The translations under genes were made by a program, and so were the position numbers. Positions 22,302-31,941 of a DNA stretch of 64,000 nucleotides are shown piece after piece. The stretch lies in contig JAAXZI010000161.1 in assembly GCA_012719955.1 (NCBI GenBank), positions 6,107 to 70,106 of the forward strand, written 5' to 3'. How positions within the stretch are numbered: the stretch's first letter is position 1; each line of letters starts with the position of its first letter. This stretch comes from Phycisphaerae bacterium. Lineage in GTDB: Bacteria > Planctomycetota > Phycisphaerae > UBA1845 > PWPN01. A model generated the notes under the pieces. It had not been told where the DNA came from. It did not search any database and saw only the letters and a program-made list of their open reading frames with translations.

Positions 22302-22652
22302 ATGGGCAAGCCGAAGGATCGAGCTGCTCTCGAGTGTTATCGCCAGGTGCTTCTGAATTGGGGGCACGTGAGCGGTTACATCCAGTGGAAGCGTCTGCCT
22401 CTGGCATGGCTTTCATCAAACTTGCCCAACGTCGGCGTCCGATTGGTGCACCAATTGATGGCCGAATACGTTGCATCGGGCGGCGAAATCGACCAGATCG
22501 AGGAAACGCGGCCGGAGTACGTGGCGTGCCGGTTTCACTATGACCTGCGATTGCCCATAGGGGAGAGACGAGTCTATATCGAAACTGTTCTCGACGAGGC
22601 CGATGAACCTGAGGATTGCACAATCTGGGTCGTGAACATGCACGATGAGTGA
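22302..22652 (+). CDS. Putative type II toxin (MqsR-like position and C-terminus)
   Basis: Small ORF directly upstream of, and overlapping, an MqsA-like gene; ends ...VYIETVL...IWVVNMHDE. Toxin identity comes from context only. Confidence 0.6.
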   Translation: MGKPKDRAALECYRQVLLNWGHVSGYIQWKRLPLAWLSSNLPNVGVRLVHQLMAEYVASGGEIDQIEETRPEYVACRFHYDLRLPIGERRVYIETVLDEADEPEDCTIWVVNMHDE

Positions 22653-23185
22653 CGACTCTCGATTGCACAGGCGAATTCATGATCAGCGATCATAACAGCA
22701 CCAAGGCCGTTGAACGCCGCAAAGCATATCCGATCCGATGCGTCGAATGCGGCAAAAAAGAAGTCCGGCCTGCCGTACTTCGTCAGCATCACGTTCAAAG
22801 GAACCATGATGGCCGACTCTACGATCTGGTCGTAAATGATCTTCCCGTGACCCGATGCAAAGCCTGCGGCGAGGTCTATTTCACCGAGGAGTCCGATGAG
22901 CGCATCGTGGCCGCTCTTCGCGATCACCTGGCCCTGCTCACGCCCGCTCAGATTCGCGCCAACCTCGAAACGTTGGGTCTCAGCCAGAAGGAGGCCGCCG
23001 GGCGGCTCGGCATCGCGCCGGAAACGCTTTCGCGCTGGTTGTGTGGGGCGGTTATCCAGTCGCGGGCGATGGATAACCTGTTACGAGCGTTCTTCGCCTG
23101 TCCGCAGGTGCGAGAGAAGCTGACCGGCGCGGAAATAGATCGGGCGTTCGGGGAAAAGGTTGAGATGGGGACGAGCCGAATTTGA
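22649..23185 (+). CDS. MqsA-family antitoxin (YgiT-type Zn finger + Cro/Xre HTH)
   Basis: CVECG...RCKACGE zinc ribbon, then LLTPAQIR..LGLSQKEAAGRLGIAPETLSRW..G.VIQSRAMDNLLR. Start is GTG 22649 or ATG 22679. Confidence 0.88.
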   Translation: MTTLDCTGEFMISDHNSTKAVERRKAYPIRCVECGKKEVRPAVLRQHHVQRNHDGRLYDLVVNDLPVTRCKACGEVYFTEESDERIVAALRDHLALLTPAQIRANLETLGLSQKEAAGRLGIAPETLSRWLCGAVIQSRAMDNLLRAFFACPQVREKLTGAEIDRAFGEKVEMGTSRI

Positions 23186-23431
23186 CGTTGACGAGAGAAG
23201 GCCACCGTTGACCTCAAAAGGCGCTGCCCTGATGTGATCTCGACGGCTGGAAGCGCGAGACTCTGCGGCGACCGGAACGCCTGTCCCGCTGCGCTTGCTT
23301 GCGCCTCGGGCTCGTGGGTCGCGCATGACAGAACGTGCACTGCTCTTCTCCCCCTCGCACGGCAGGGGAGCGGATGATATGCTGACGGAGCGGCAATTAG
23401 ATGGAACGTGGTTTCGTAGCGAGGTGAAACG

Positions 23432-24286
23432 ATGACGCGTCGCGAGGTGCTTTCAGGGGCGGCCGGGACATTGGCGGGGCTGGCGGCGGCGGGGCGGTTG
23501 ACTGCGGCCCAGTCCGCCGGCGGGTGGAAGATGTCGATGTGCGACTGGTCCCTGGGCAGGCCCGCCGATCCGTCGGTGTTCGAACTGGGCAGGAAAATCG
23601 GCCTCAACGGCATCCAGGTGAGCATCGGTTTCCCCGAAGACGGTCTCAAACTGCGCCGCCCGGAGGTGCAGAAGCAGTTCCGCGAGGCCGCGAAGGCCAA
23701 CGGCATGAGCTTCCATTCCGTGGCCATGGGCGTGCTTAACAACGTCCCGCTGGTCAGCGAGCCAAGGGCCGCCGTCTGGGTCGCCGACACCATCGAGGCG
23801 GCCAGGAACCTGGACGCCCGGAACATCCTGCTGGCCTTCTTTGGCAAGGGCGAACTCAAGGAAACGAACGCCGATGACATGCGACGCGTCACCGAACTGA
23901 TGCAGGAGCTGGCCCCGCGCGCGGAGAAGGCCCAGGTGATCCTGGGGCTGGAGACCTACCTGAGCGCGGAGGCCCACCTCAAGATTCTCGACGCGGTCAA
24001 GAGCAAGTGGGTGCAGGTCTACTACGACGTCTACAACGCCAACCACAAAGGCCACGACTATCTCAAGGAGATCAAGTTGCTGGGCCGCGAGCGCATCTGC
24101 GAGGTGCATTTCAAGGAGGGCGGCAACTACCTGGGCTCCGGCAAGATCGACTGGCCGGCCGTGGCCGCAACGCTCCAGGAGATCGGCTATCGCGGCTGGC
24201 TGGTCCTGGAGACCACCAGCCCCTCCGGCGACCTGGTCGCCGACACGAAGCGCAACCTCGAATACCTCAAAAAGCTCTTCGCGTAA
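23432..24286 (+). CDS. Tat-exported sugar phosphate isomerase/epimerase (AP_endonuc_2 TIM barrel)
   Basis: TRREVL Tat signal; LGLET, YYDVYN, EVHFKE, LGSGKIDW and WLVLET motifs. Confidence 0.9.
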   Translation: MTRREVLSGAAGTLAGLAAAGRLTAAQSAGGWKMSMCDWSLGRPADPSVFELGRKIGLNGIQVSIGFPEDGLKLRRPEVQKQFREAAKANGMSFHSVAMGVLNNVPLVSEPRAAVWVADTIEAARNLDARNILLAFFGKGELKETNADDMRRVTELMQELAPRAEKAQVILGLETYLSAEAHLKILDAVKSKWVQVYYDVYNANHKGHDYLKEIKLLGRERICEVHFKEGGNYLGSGKIDWPAVAATLQEIGYRGWLVLETTSPSGDLVADTKRNLEYLKKLFA

Positions 24287-24293
24287 CAAAGCA

Positions 24294-24465
24294 AACCGCC
24301 AAGCCGCCCAGGCCGCCAAGAAAAGCAAACAGAAGTCAGCAAAGAAAGCAACGAGCTCTTGTAATCTCTTGTTTCCTTCACTTCCTTCTGTTTTGTTCTC
24401 CTTGGCGTACTTGGCGTCTTGGCGGTTCAAATCACTTTCCCACCTTCCCACTTTCTCACTTTCCC
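24294..24465. repeat. Nested inverted 9-mer tracts plus an 8-mer tract between convergent genes
   Basis: aaccgccaagccgcccaggccgccaag ... cttggcgtacttggcgtcttggcggtt form the arms of a long hairpin; then (CACTTTCC)n. Confidence 0.7.
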
Positions 24466-24477
24466 GCGCTGTTCAGA

Positions 24478-25941
24478 TCAGCACTCCTCGAACACCTCGA
24501 TTCCCGTGAACCGCGCGAAGCGTTTCGCGTCCGTCATGTGGCTGCCGTAAAAGATCACCCGGTGCAGGCCGTTGGACCAGTTTTCCAGTAGCTTGCGGGC
24601 GTCGGACACCTTCACGGCGGCTTTGGTGCGGCAGCCCCGGTCCGAGTCGGGAATGGCCACGATCCGGCCGGTGGACAGCAGCAGGATGTTTGCGCCCCAG
24701 CTCTCAGCAGGGCTGGCCGCCAGGGACGGGGCCTGGAGATCCCGCGGGATCGCGCCAACGAGCTTGGCCATGGTGATTTCCTGGCCGACGCGCATCTTGG
24801 TCTGTAGCACCGCGCCCTTGTGATCCTCCAGGTGCGAGCGGATTTCGTAGGGGGCCGACTCTCCGGCCGGGCCATCCATCTTGGTGGCGGCCACGCAATG
24901 CGCGTGGATGACGGTGTTGTTGGACAGGTCCACCACCGGATCAGTCACGAAGCCGGGGACGCCTTCCATGTGCTGGAAGATGATCTGGGTCATCGTGGAA
25001 GGCAGGTCGGCCTCGCACACGCCGGCCAGTCCGAGATCATTGAGCCGGGCGAACCCGAAGCACGGATAGGCCGGCAGCCCGTGCGAGAACAAGCCCAGGC
25101 AGTTAATGGTGATCGCGAAGGCCTTTTCTTCGGCCATGACCTTCTGGAGGGCCAGGCAGAAGCGGGCCGACTTGGCGATCTCTTCGCGGTTGGGTTCGCG
25201 CACGCGCTGAGCGCCCTTGATCCACTTCTCCGTATCCGCCTCGACAGCCGCGGCGGGGATCGCGTCGTACGCCTCCACCAGCCGGGTGTGGTCGTAGGTG
25301 ACCACCGTCGTGCCGAATTTCTTCTTGATATCGGCCACGTAGTCGGCCGGCGGCTGCCAGTTGTGCCCGCCGACGAACAGCACTCTGGTTTGCTTCATCC
25401 GCCCGATGGCCCGGAACACGCGCACGGCCTCCAGCACGTTCTCAAACCGGCTGGACGCGATGACGTCGATCTTCTTGCCCGTCCGTTGCAGGTCCGGCAC
25501 GATGGACCATTCGTGCCCGCTGTACGGCGTGGCGAACAGTACGGTCGGCCGGCCCGAGTCGGCCATGATGTTCAAGAAGTCGCTGGTGCCCATGCACACC
25601 TGGACGGCCAGGATGCCGGCCGCGTCCTGGTGCGCCTCCATCAGTTCGGTCAGCGCCTTGGGGTCGTTCACGAAGGTGTTGCCCACGTACTCGATGTCAC
25701 CCTGGCCGGGGACCTCGTCGAGGGCCTTCATGAGCCGCTCGTGTTCGGCCTTGGTGTCCAGGTCCGGCCGGGGCCAGCCCGGGTGTCGGCCGATGAACAC
25801 CCGTAAGACCCTGGTTTTCCCAAATGAAAACGGTGACCCGCCGGCCTGCGCGGCCAGGGTCGCCTTACACAGCCCGCCGGCCACGGCTGTTCCCGCCGCA
25901 GCCGTCCCCAGTAACTCTCGCCTGCTGATTTCCGTGTTCAT
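24478..25941 (-). CDS. Tat-exported L-fucose/arabinose isomerase-like protein
   Basis: SRRELLG Tat signal; AITINCLG, PCFGFARLND, CEADL, HAHC and CRTK motifs; start at MNTEIS (25941). Confidence 0.75.
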   Translation of the reverse strand: MNTEISRRELLGTAAAGTAVAGGLCKATLAAQAGGSPFSFGKTRVLRVFIGRHPGWPRPDLDTKAEHERLMKALDEVPGQGDIEYVGNTFVNDPKALTELMEAHQDAAGILAVQVCMGTSDFLNIMADSGRPTVLFATPYSGHEWSIVPDLQRTGKKIDVIASSRFENVLEAVRVFRAIGRMKQTRVLFVGGHNWQPPADYVADIKKKFGTTVVTYDHTRLVEAYDAIPAAAVEADTEKWIKGAQRVREPNREEIAKSARFCLALQKVMAEEKAFAITINCLGLFSHGLPAYPCFGFARLNDLGLAGVCEADLPSTMTQIIFQHMEGVPGFVTDPVVDLSNNTVIHAHCVAATKMDGPAGESAPYEIRSHLEDHKGAVLQTKMRVGQEITMAKLVGAIPRDLQAPSLAASPAESWGANILLLSTGRIVAIPDSDRGCRTKAAVKVSDARKLLENWSNGLHRVIFYGSHMTDAKRFARFTGIEVFEEC

Positions 25942-26211
25942 ATCCTGGCTCCTTGTATGGTTCGCGCAACGACGACAACACGTAGAGATTGCGGAGGAGA
26001 ATGCCCGAATGGCGGGGCGTGATGGTGAGACGGCAAAGCGCATGGCGCGTGTGCCACGGCTCTTGAGCCGTGCCGGGACAATTCCGACATGAGGCACTGC
26101 TCTTTTCTGCGGCGAATGATGGGCCAGGCTGCAAGAGCAATGGCACACACAAAGCAGCGGCGCGTCCCAGGATGTGTCGCAAGATCGCGCACGGTTAATG
26201 AGGGTTGCGTT

Positions 26212-26365
26212 GAGAATCTGGAATCACCAATCTGAAATTTGAAATCCCAAATCTCAAATTGTTACGTCTTTGCGTCTCAGCGTCTCGGTGTCTCCGCGTC
26301 TCCGCGGTTTAACTCTTCTCTGTGCCCTCTGTGGCCGAAACTCGTTCTCTGTGTCCTCTGTAGCC
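26212..26365. repeat. Stacked heptamer (AATCTGA/AATCTCA) and 8-9-mer (GCGTCTCC, CTCTGTG) tracts
   Basis: aatctggaatcaccaatctgaaatttgaaatcccaaatctcaaat; gcgtctcagcgtctcggtgtctccgcgtctccgcg; ctctgtgccctctgtgg ... ctctgtgtcctctgtag. Confidence 0.7.
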
Positions 26366-26367
26366 GC

Positions 26368-27954
26368 TCACGCCGACAGGCACTCCCACTCGATTCCCAG
26401 CTTCTTGATCGCGTAGCCGACCTCGCGGGTGCAGTCTCCGTAGCAGGTCATCCAGTGGAAACCGCGCATCTCCTCAAGCAGCTTGTGCCAGTCGCCCTCG
26501 ATGGTGATGTCGGTTTGCGAGCGGCATATGGCGTGGAACGGGTTGCCGATCACCTTCCCGGTGAAGCCGACCCACTTTTTCGAGGCAAAATCGGGCACCA
26601 CGTTGGTGGTCAGCGTGCCTTCCTTCATCGCCACTTTGGGGGCGGCGCCGTAGTCCGACTCGAAATGCGTGTGGATCTCCACCGGCTCGTAATTCTTGCC
26701 GTCCAGCTTGCGCGGGGCGGTGCAGTGGGCGATGGTCACCTGCCCGTGATGTGGCCAGGTGGGGTCGTTCAGGAACACCGGCAATCCGGTGATGTGGTGC
26801 ATGAGCATCCCCGCGGGGATGACCACGAAATCGGACTCGCAGAAGGCCAGCAACCCCTCATCGTTGATCAGACTCAGAGGCAGGCAGGCGGTGGTCTTGG
26901 AAATGGGCATGACCGTGCCCATGCAGTGCTGGATGGTCATGGCCGTGGCTTCGTGGTCGGCCATCAGCTCTTTGAACGCGTGGTAGAGCACGAACGCGTT
27001 CTCGACCGCCTCGCGCTCGCACTTGAGGGTGACGCCGGGTTGGGCGAGATACTCGGCCGCTTCCTTTTTGGCCCTGGCCATCGCCTCGGCGCCCTGGCGG
27101 TACTTCTCGATGCGCTTGCCCAGCTCGTCGTAGGACACGTCGCGGATATCGAGATGCCACGTGTTGCGGGCGACCGGCGGAGCGAGCTTGCGGCCCTCGC
27201 CCCAGCCGCCGGCGCCGCCGATGGCGACGATCCGCTGGCCCAGCGTCAGACGCAGGGCGGCCAGTGCCCGCAGCCGCCAGGCCAGATCCTTGTACTCATC
27301 CACCACCACGTCGTCCACGTCGATCTGCTTGATCTTGTATTCGTCGGATGCCCGGCGCAGGAAATGCGGATGCAGGATCTCGTACCACAGCGAGACCGGT
27401 CCGGAGTTGTGCCGGAGGAAGAAGACGGTGGGGCGGTCGGGCGACATCAGGGCGTCGAGGACGGCCGTGCTGCCGCTGGACGCGTAGATGAGCATGGTGT
27501 CGCACTTGCCCGTGGCAACCTTCCGGGCCTCTTCGACGGTGCGTACGGCCGCTACCGGGAGCAACTTGACCTTCAAACCGTGAGCGGCCACCATCGCGCG
27601 CAGTTCGGCCTCGATGCGTTTGACCTCCGCAACCACGTCGCTCTCGTTCATCAGGCCGCCCCAGGGTCGCCAACTGGTTTGCTCGCGGCGCTGGTGCAGG
27701 GCGTAGACCAGTGCGGGCTGGACCACCAGCTCCTGGGCGGGCATGATCGCGGGCTTGCCGCCCTCTGCGGGCTGGGCGTTGGCCTCCTTAGCTCCCCCGG
27801 AAAGCATCCAAGACCCGATCGCGGTCGCACCCAGTCCGCCGATGAGCGCCCGGCGCGAAAGGCTCGCCTGGATGAGCGCCTCCCCGGCCTGGTGTAACGC
27901 GCTCGAGCAGCATCGGCATGAGCCGGCCGCGTGTGACAGTTGTTCGCGGTTCAT
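26368..27954 (-). CDS. Tat-exported L-fucose isomerase-like protein (paralogue of 24478-25941)
   Basis: SRRALIGG Tat motif; MTIQHCMG, ACLPLSLIND, CESDF, IAHCTAP, HFESDYGAAPKV and CRSQ motifs. Confidence 0.75.
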   Translation of the reverse strand: MNREQLSHAAGSCRCCSSALHQAGEALIQASLSRRALIGGLGATAIGSWMLSGGAKEANAQPAEGGKPAIMPAQELVVQPALVYALHQRREQTSWRPWGGLMNESDVVAEVKRIEAELRAMVAAHGLKVKLLPVAAVRTVEEARKVATGKCDTMLIYASSGSTAVLDALMSPDRPTVFFLRHNSGPVSLWYEILHPHFLRRASDEYKIKQIDVDDVVVDEYKDLAWRLRALAALRLTLGQRIVAIGGAGGWGEGRKLAPPVARNTWHLDIRDVSYDELGKRIEKYRQGAEAMARAKKEAAEYLAQPGVTLKCEREAVENAFVLYHAFKELMADHEATAMTIQHCMGTVMPISKTTACLPLSLINDEGLLAFCESDFVVIPAGMLMHHITGLPVFLNDPTWPHHGQVTIAHCTAPRKLDGKNYEPVEIHTHFESDYGAAPKVAMKEGTLTTNVVPDFASKKWVGFTGKVIGNPFHAICRSQTDITIEGDWHKLLEEMRGFHWMTCYGDCTREVGYAIKKLGIEWECLSA

Positions 27955-28073
27955 TGGCTGTGTCTCCCTGTCGAGGTCAACAAGAGTTGCGAAAGCCCAG
28001 CGATGTCGTTCTCGCCAGCACTGGACCCCGGCATCCTAACCGGCGCGTGGCGCCGGTGTCAACGCCATGCCGA

Positions 28074-28829
28074 TTACTTGCCTGAGTTGCCGTGCGCGCG
28101 GCGGTACGCCGCGCAGGCCTCCACGAAGGTCTTGAACAGTCTGCGGGTCACCCGGCTGTAAGGCAGCCGCTCGGGGTGCCACTGCACCGCCAGGATTTCC
28201 GGGCGCAGCGGATTTTCGATGGCTTCGATGATGCCGTCGTCGGCCACGGCGCTGGGGATAAAGCCCGGGGCTATGTACCGGATGGCCTGGTGATGATCGG
28301 AGATGACGCTCACGGTGCGCGCATCCAGAATCTCCGCCAGTCGGGTGCCGGGCATAACATGCACGTCGTGCCGGACTTTGCGTTTGCCGCGATGGCTGAT
28401 GCGGATGCCCTTTTTCTTGGGGTGCAGATGCTGGTAGAGCGTGCCGCCCTCCAAGACATTGATGAGCTGCATGCCGTAGCAGATGCCGAAGATCGGCAGC
28501 CGGCGGCGTTTACCGGCCTGGTAGAGCCAGGTTTCGAAAGCGGTCCGCTTGGAATAGATGACGTGCGTATAGCTGCGCGGCGTCTCGCCGTACAGCCGCG
28601 GGTCCACGTCGTCGCCGCCCACGATGAGCAGTCCGTCGATGCCTTCCAGGAAGCGCTTCAGGACGCGCTTCTTGTGGGCCACCGGCAGCAACACCGGGTG
28701 CCCGCCGGCATTGTCGATGGCCATGGCGTAGCGGTGATCGCAGACCAGATCGTAATCGGCGTAATCCTTCCTTTTCGAGATCGTCTCGCAACTGATGCCG
28801 ATCAGCGGGGCGTGGATTCGTCTACGCAT
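28074..28829 (-). CDS. Gamma-glutamyl-gamma-aminobutyrate hydrolase family protein (peptidase C26, PuuD-like)
   Basis: DGLLIVGGDDVDP, GICYGMQLINV (catalytic Cys), HHQAI and VQWHPE (His-Glu). Confidence 0.92.
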   Translation of the reverse strand: MRRRIHAPLIGISCETISKRKDYADYDLVCDHRYAMAIDNAGGHPVLLPVAHKKRVLKRFLEGIDGLLIVGGDDVDPRLYGETPRSYTHVIYSKRTAFETWLYQAGKRRRLPIFGICYGMQLINVLEGGTLYQHLHPKKKGIRISHRGKRKVRHDVHVMPGTRLAEILDARTVSVISDHHQAIRYIAPGFIPSAVADDGIIEAIENPLRPEILAVQWHPERLPYSRVTRRLFKTFVEACAAYRRAHGNSGK

Positions 28830-29928
28830 CCACGGACGCTCCCTTCCGGCCGAGATAAACCGAATCGATGTTCGGCAGCTTCACCTTCAGGGCATCGGTG
28901 AAGTATTCGAGCGAGTTGCCGCTGAGCAGATCTTCCAGGCCGATGCTGTAGCGTTTGGCGAAGCGCCGCTGCCAGGTCTGGGGGTGCTCCTGGCGGGCGA
29001 TCAGGGCGGCGTTGTGGATGATCTTGGCCCCGTTGTACCCGCGTTTGAGCAGCTTGAAGATGTCGTAGACTTCGCTGGGAACGTCCATTTCCTCGAACTC
29101 GTCCCGATACTCCCACAGAAAACGGTCGAGGTACTTGCGCGCGGGGATCCACTCGCCATCCCACGGCAGCCGGCACTTCATGCCCCGGGTTCCGGCGTCG
29201 AACCGGGCCTGAATGTAGTCCTCCTGATTGTGGATGGGGTTCGGCGCCCCCTTGCGGCGCAGCCAGCCCAGTGCGACCGCCTTGGTCACGCAAACGGCCG
29301 CCACAATGAATTCGGGAATGTTCGAGTCCAGCACGCGCAGTTCCAGCGTGGCCGGCTTGCGCTTCCGGCCGGGGCTGTAGACCATCTCGCGCGTATCTTT
29401 GGAGGTCAGCTCGCCGCGTTTGAGCGCCTCAAAGTAGGTGTCCGTGCCGCGCAGCAGGCGGTTGGAGGCCTTGGCCGTGATCTTTTTGTCCCACACCGGC
29501 GAGTTGGCCCCCATGGCGATGAGCAGCGGGATGTTGTCGTGCAGATGAGCGGCCAGCGAACGGGCCCGCGGCCGGGTCAGCTCCTCATTTGCAACGGACA
29601 GGTGCAAATGGGCGCCGGCGAACCGATTGGTCCATCCGCCGACCAGCAGGGGAATGTTGTGGTCCGGCTCGCCGTGCTGTTGACCGTAGAGGTTCCGCAG
29701 GTATTTGCGAAGCCCGCTCTTCAGCAGGAACAATGATTCCCGAACCGTCTCAAACGGGCGGCTGTTGTATTCACTGCCGATGCTGGTATCGCGAGCGAAC
29801 CGTTCTCCGTTCTCAGACACCCCGGGGCGCGGCCGGGACAGACGGCGCCCAATCTGGTAATCGGCCGCCCCAATGCTGTACGCTTCGATCTCGACGCCGA
29901 TCACAATGCGTTTGTGAAAGCCGTTCAA
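28822..29928 (-). CDS. Glutamate-cysteine ligase family 2 (GCS2/YbdK-like) carboxylate-amine ligase
   Basis: IGVEIE, EYNS, GAHLHLS, ANSP, NR and TLELRVLD motifs; TTG start; 8-nt overlap with the C26 gene. Confidence 0.8.
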   Translation of the reverse strand: MNGFHKRIVIGVEIEAYSIGAADYQIGRRLSRPRPGVSENGERFARDTSIGSEYNSRPFETVRESLFLLKSGLRKYLRNLYGQQHGEPDHNIPLLVGGWTNRFAGAHLHLSVANEELTRPRARSLAAHLHDNIPLLIAMGANSPVWDKKITAKASNRLLRGTDTYFEALKRGELTSKDTREMVYSPGRKRKPATLELRVLDSNIPEFIVAAVCVTKAVALGWLRRKGAPNPIHNQEDYIQARFDAGTRGMKCRLPWDGEWIPARKYLDRFLWEYRDEFEEMDVPSEVYDIFKLLKRGYNGAKIIHNAALIARQEHPQTWQRRFAKRYSIGLEDLLSGNSLEYFTDALKVKLPNIDSVYLGRKGASVDA

Positions 29929-30177
29929 AGGACTGGACTCTGGGCAGGAGCGCGGGCACGGTCGATTCCAGGCCGTAGAGGTCGATATTCAGGTCCCACG
30001 CTGCATGCATCAAACATGACCTTTCTGCGACGGTCCGGGGGCAGACAGGGGTCTGCTCTCACCGCCGCGACCACGCATAAGGATAATCAGGAAGCCGTTG
30101 CAAGGGCAAGCAGCCTTTCAGATGAACCTGGACTGATCCAGGCGATGAGAGGCTTCAACAATCAGGCTGGCCGAACA

Positions 30178-31722
30178 TCAGGGGCGCTGGGTCGGCTGAG
30201 ATTCAACTTCTTTGACCACAGTGATTTGTGGCTTACCCATGGTGATCCAGACCGAGCCGGCGAGTTCGGCCACGCCGCCGTCATTCCCATCGCTGAGCCC
30301 CAGGACGATATGGCTGGGGTCTACGTCGGTTTGTTCAAGTGCGGCGTCCACGTCCACCCACTGACCCTCTATGTAGAACTGCGTCCACAGGTGGCCGACG
30401 AAGACCCGCTCCCGGCCCAGGAACTCATCCGTATACACAAACCCCGTCGCGAGGCGAGTGGGAATGCCCACGGCCCGGCCCAGGGCCGCCAGCAGCACGC
30501 CGTGCTCGGTGCAATCTCCCTCCTTGCTGCGGGCCACTTCGCCGGCGGTGGCAAAGCCGACGCTGAGGTCCTTGGTCTGAACGTAATTGCTCACGAACGC
30601 GCGCAGCCGGTCGGCCAGCTTCATGGGGTCTTTCTCTTCTCCGGCGGCTTCTTTGACCAGCCTGGCGACTGCGGGGTCTTTGTAGTTGAGCACGGATGAG
30701 GCGGCCAGGTAACGCGCGCGCTCTTCCTGGCTCAGGGCCGTGCCGGCCGGCTTGGCCGGGCGGGCCGAGTGCCGGGTGTTGGTCAGCGTTACGGCGTCGT
30801 TCTCCTGGCTGACGATTTTCTGCATGTCCGTTTCGGGAAGCCGCGGCAGCTTATCCTTGCCATCCCACCGGAGCCGGAAGGTGATTCGGGCGGCCTCGCG
30901 GTCGATCGGCTCTTTCACCGTGATCAGCGTCCGGCCCATGATGTCGGCGGGGTCATCCTCGGCCAGGGCCACCGCCTTGGGACAGGCGATCATCACCACG
31001 GGAATGTCCATGACGTTCATTTCCATCCGCACCGCGTCGCCTGCCTCGGTCAGCCAGATGGTGGTAGCGATCTCCGTTGATTTCCCGAACAGCCCGGGAA
31101 TCGTGAGCGTCTGCCGGCTGCGGATGGTTTCCACCTTCCGGCCGAACAGATCGATCTGCTCCCTATCGAGAATCTCGACCTTGGCGGTGGTGAGCTTGTC
31201 CGGGGCGATGGTGGGGTCGTAGAGGGACAAATCGTAGCTGGTGCCGGGTTTGAGCCCGCGGTCGATCTGCTCGCGATAGGCGCCCCAGCTCATGCGCGCC
31301 CCTTTGGGCAGCGTGTAGGTCTTTTTGTCCGTGGCGAGGCCGAACTGGCGGGTGACAATGGTGACCTTGCCATCGGCGAAGGTGCCCGAAGTGGAGGTGG
31401 GAATTTTGCCCAGCGACATCCGGCTGGAGAACTTGAGAGGCTCACCGGCCAGCGTCTCCTCGGTTTCCTGGGTCATTTTGACGGTCAGCGCCCCCTCGCC
31501 TCGCCCGGCGATCATGGTCATCTCGTTTCGCGTTCTGATCACGTCGCCCCCGTCGCGCTTCACGCGCTCCATGGTCGCGTGCATGTGGCCGCTTTTGGCG
31601 CCGGCCAGCATGACCGCGTACCACTCGTTGGCGAAGACGCCTTGAGGTGGATCATTGACATCCAGGGCCAGGGCCGGGACCGCCAGAACGGTTATCAGCA
31701 GGGCGCAGGTATGCTTTTTCAT
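30178..31722 (-). CDS. Secreted transglutaminase-like domain protein
   Basis: Signal peptide MKKHTCALLITVLAVPALA; triad GDCTEH...GHLWTQ...WVDVD. Confidence 0.88.
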   Translation of the reverse strand: MKKHTCALLITVLAVPALALDVNDPPQGVFANEWYAVMLAGAKSGHMHATMERVKRDGGDVIRTRNEMTMIAGRGEGALTVKMTQETEETLAGEPLKFSSRMSLGKIPTSTSGTFADGKVTIVTRQFGLATDKKTYTLPKGARMSWGAYREQIDRGLKPGTSYDLSLYDPTIAPDKLTTAKVEILDREQIDLFGRKVETIRSRQTLTIPGLFGKSTEIATTIWLTEAGDAVRMEMNVMDIPVVMIACPKAVALAEDDPADIMGRTLITVKEPIDREAARITFRLRWDGKDKLPRLPETDMQKIVSQENDAVTLTNTRHSARPAKPAGTALSQEERARYLAASSVLNYKDPAVARLVKEAAGEEKDPMKLADRLRAFVSNYVQTKDLSVGFATAGEVARSKEGDCTEHGVLLAALGRAVGIPTRLATGFVYTDEFLGRERVFVGHLWTQFYIEGQWVDVDAALEQTDVDPSHIVLGLSDGNDGGVAELAGSVWITMGKPQITVVKEVESQPTQRP

Positions 31723-31941
31723 ACCTTTGTTATACACGCCTCGTGCCTGAAGGACGAGACGCTCTTCGCGTAGAGTTCGGTAACGTCGCACCGCACGAGA
31801 AAAAGGTGTACAATAACTGATGGGCATTCGGGCGAAGCACACACGGGGAAAATGGGGCCCGGCGGATTGTCAGTAGCGCCTGGCGGGTGAAACCGGCAGG
31901 CTCCAGCCAATACGAGGGAATGCACGAGCGGGAGGTGCATT

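Noticed and set aside
21870-23400. Prophage or integrative element around the TA pair
   Set aside because: No integrase, tRNA target or att-like direct repeats were seen.
29813-30013. Alternative-frame ORF as a frameshifted N-terminus of the GCS2 ligase
   Set aside because: The ligase already begins just before its first family motif (IGVEIE), so nothing is missing.
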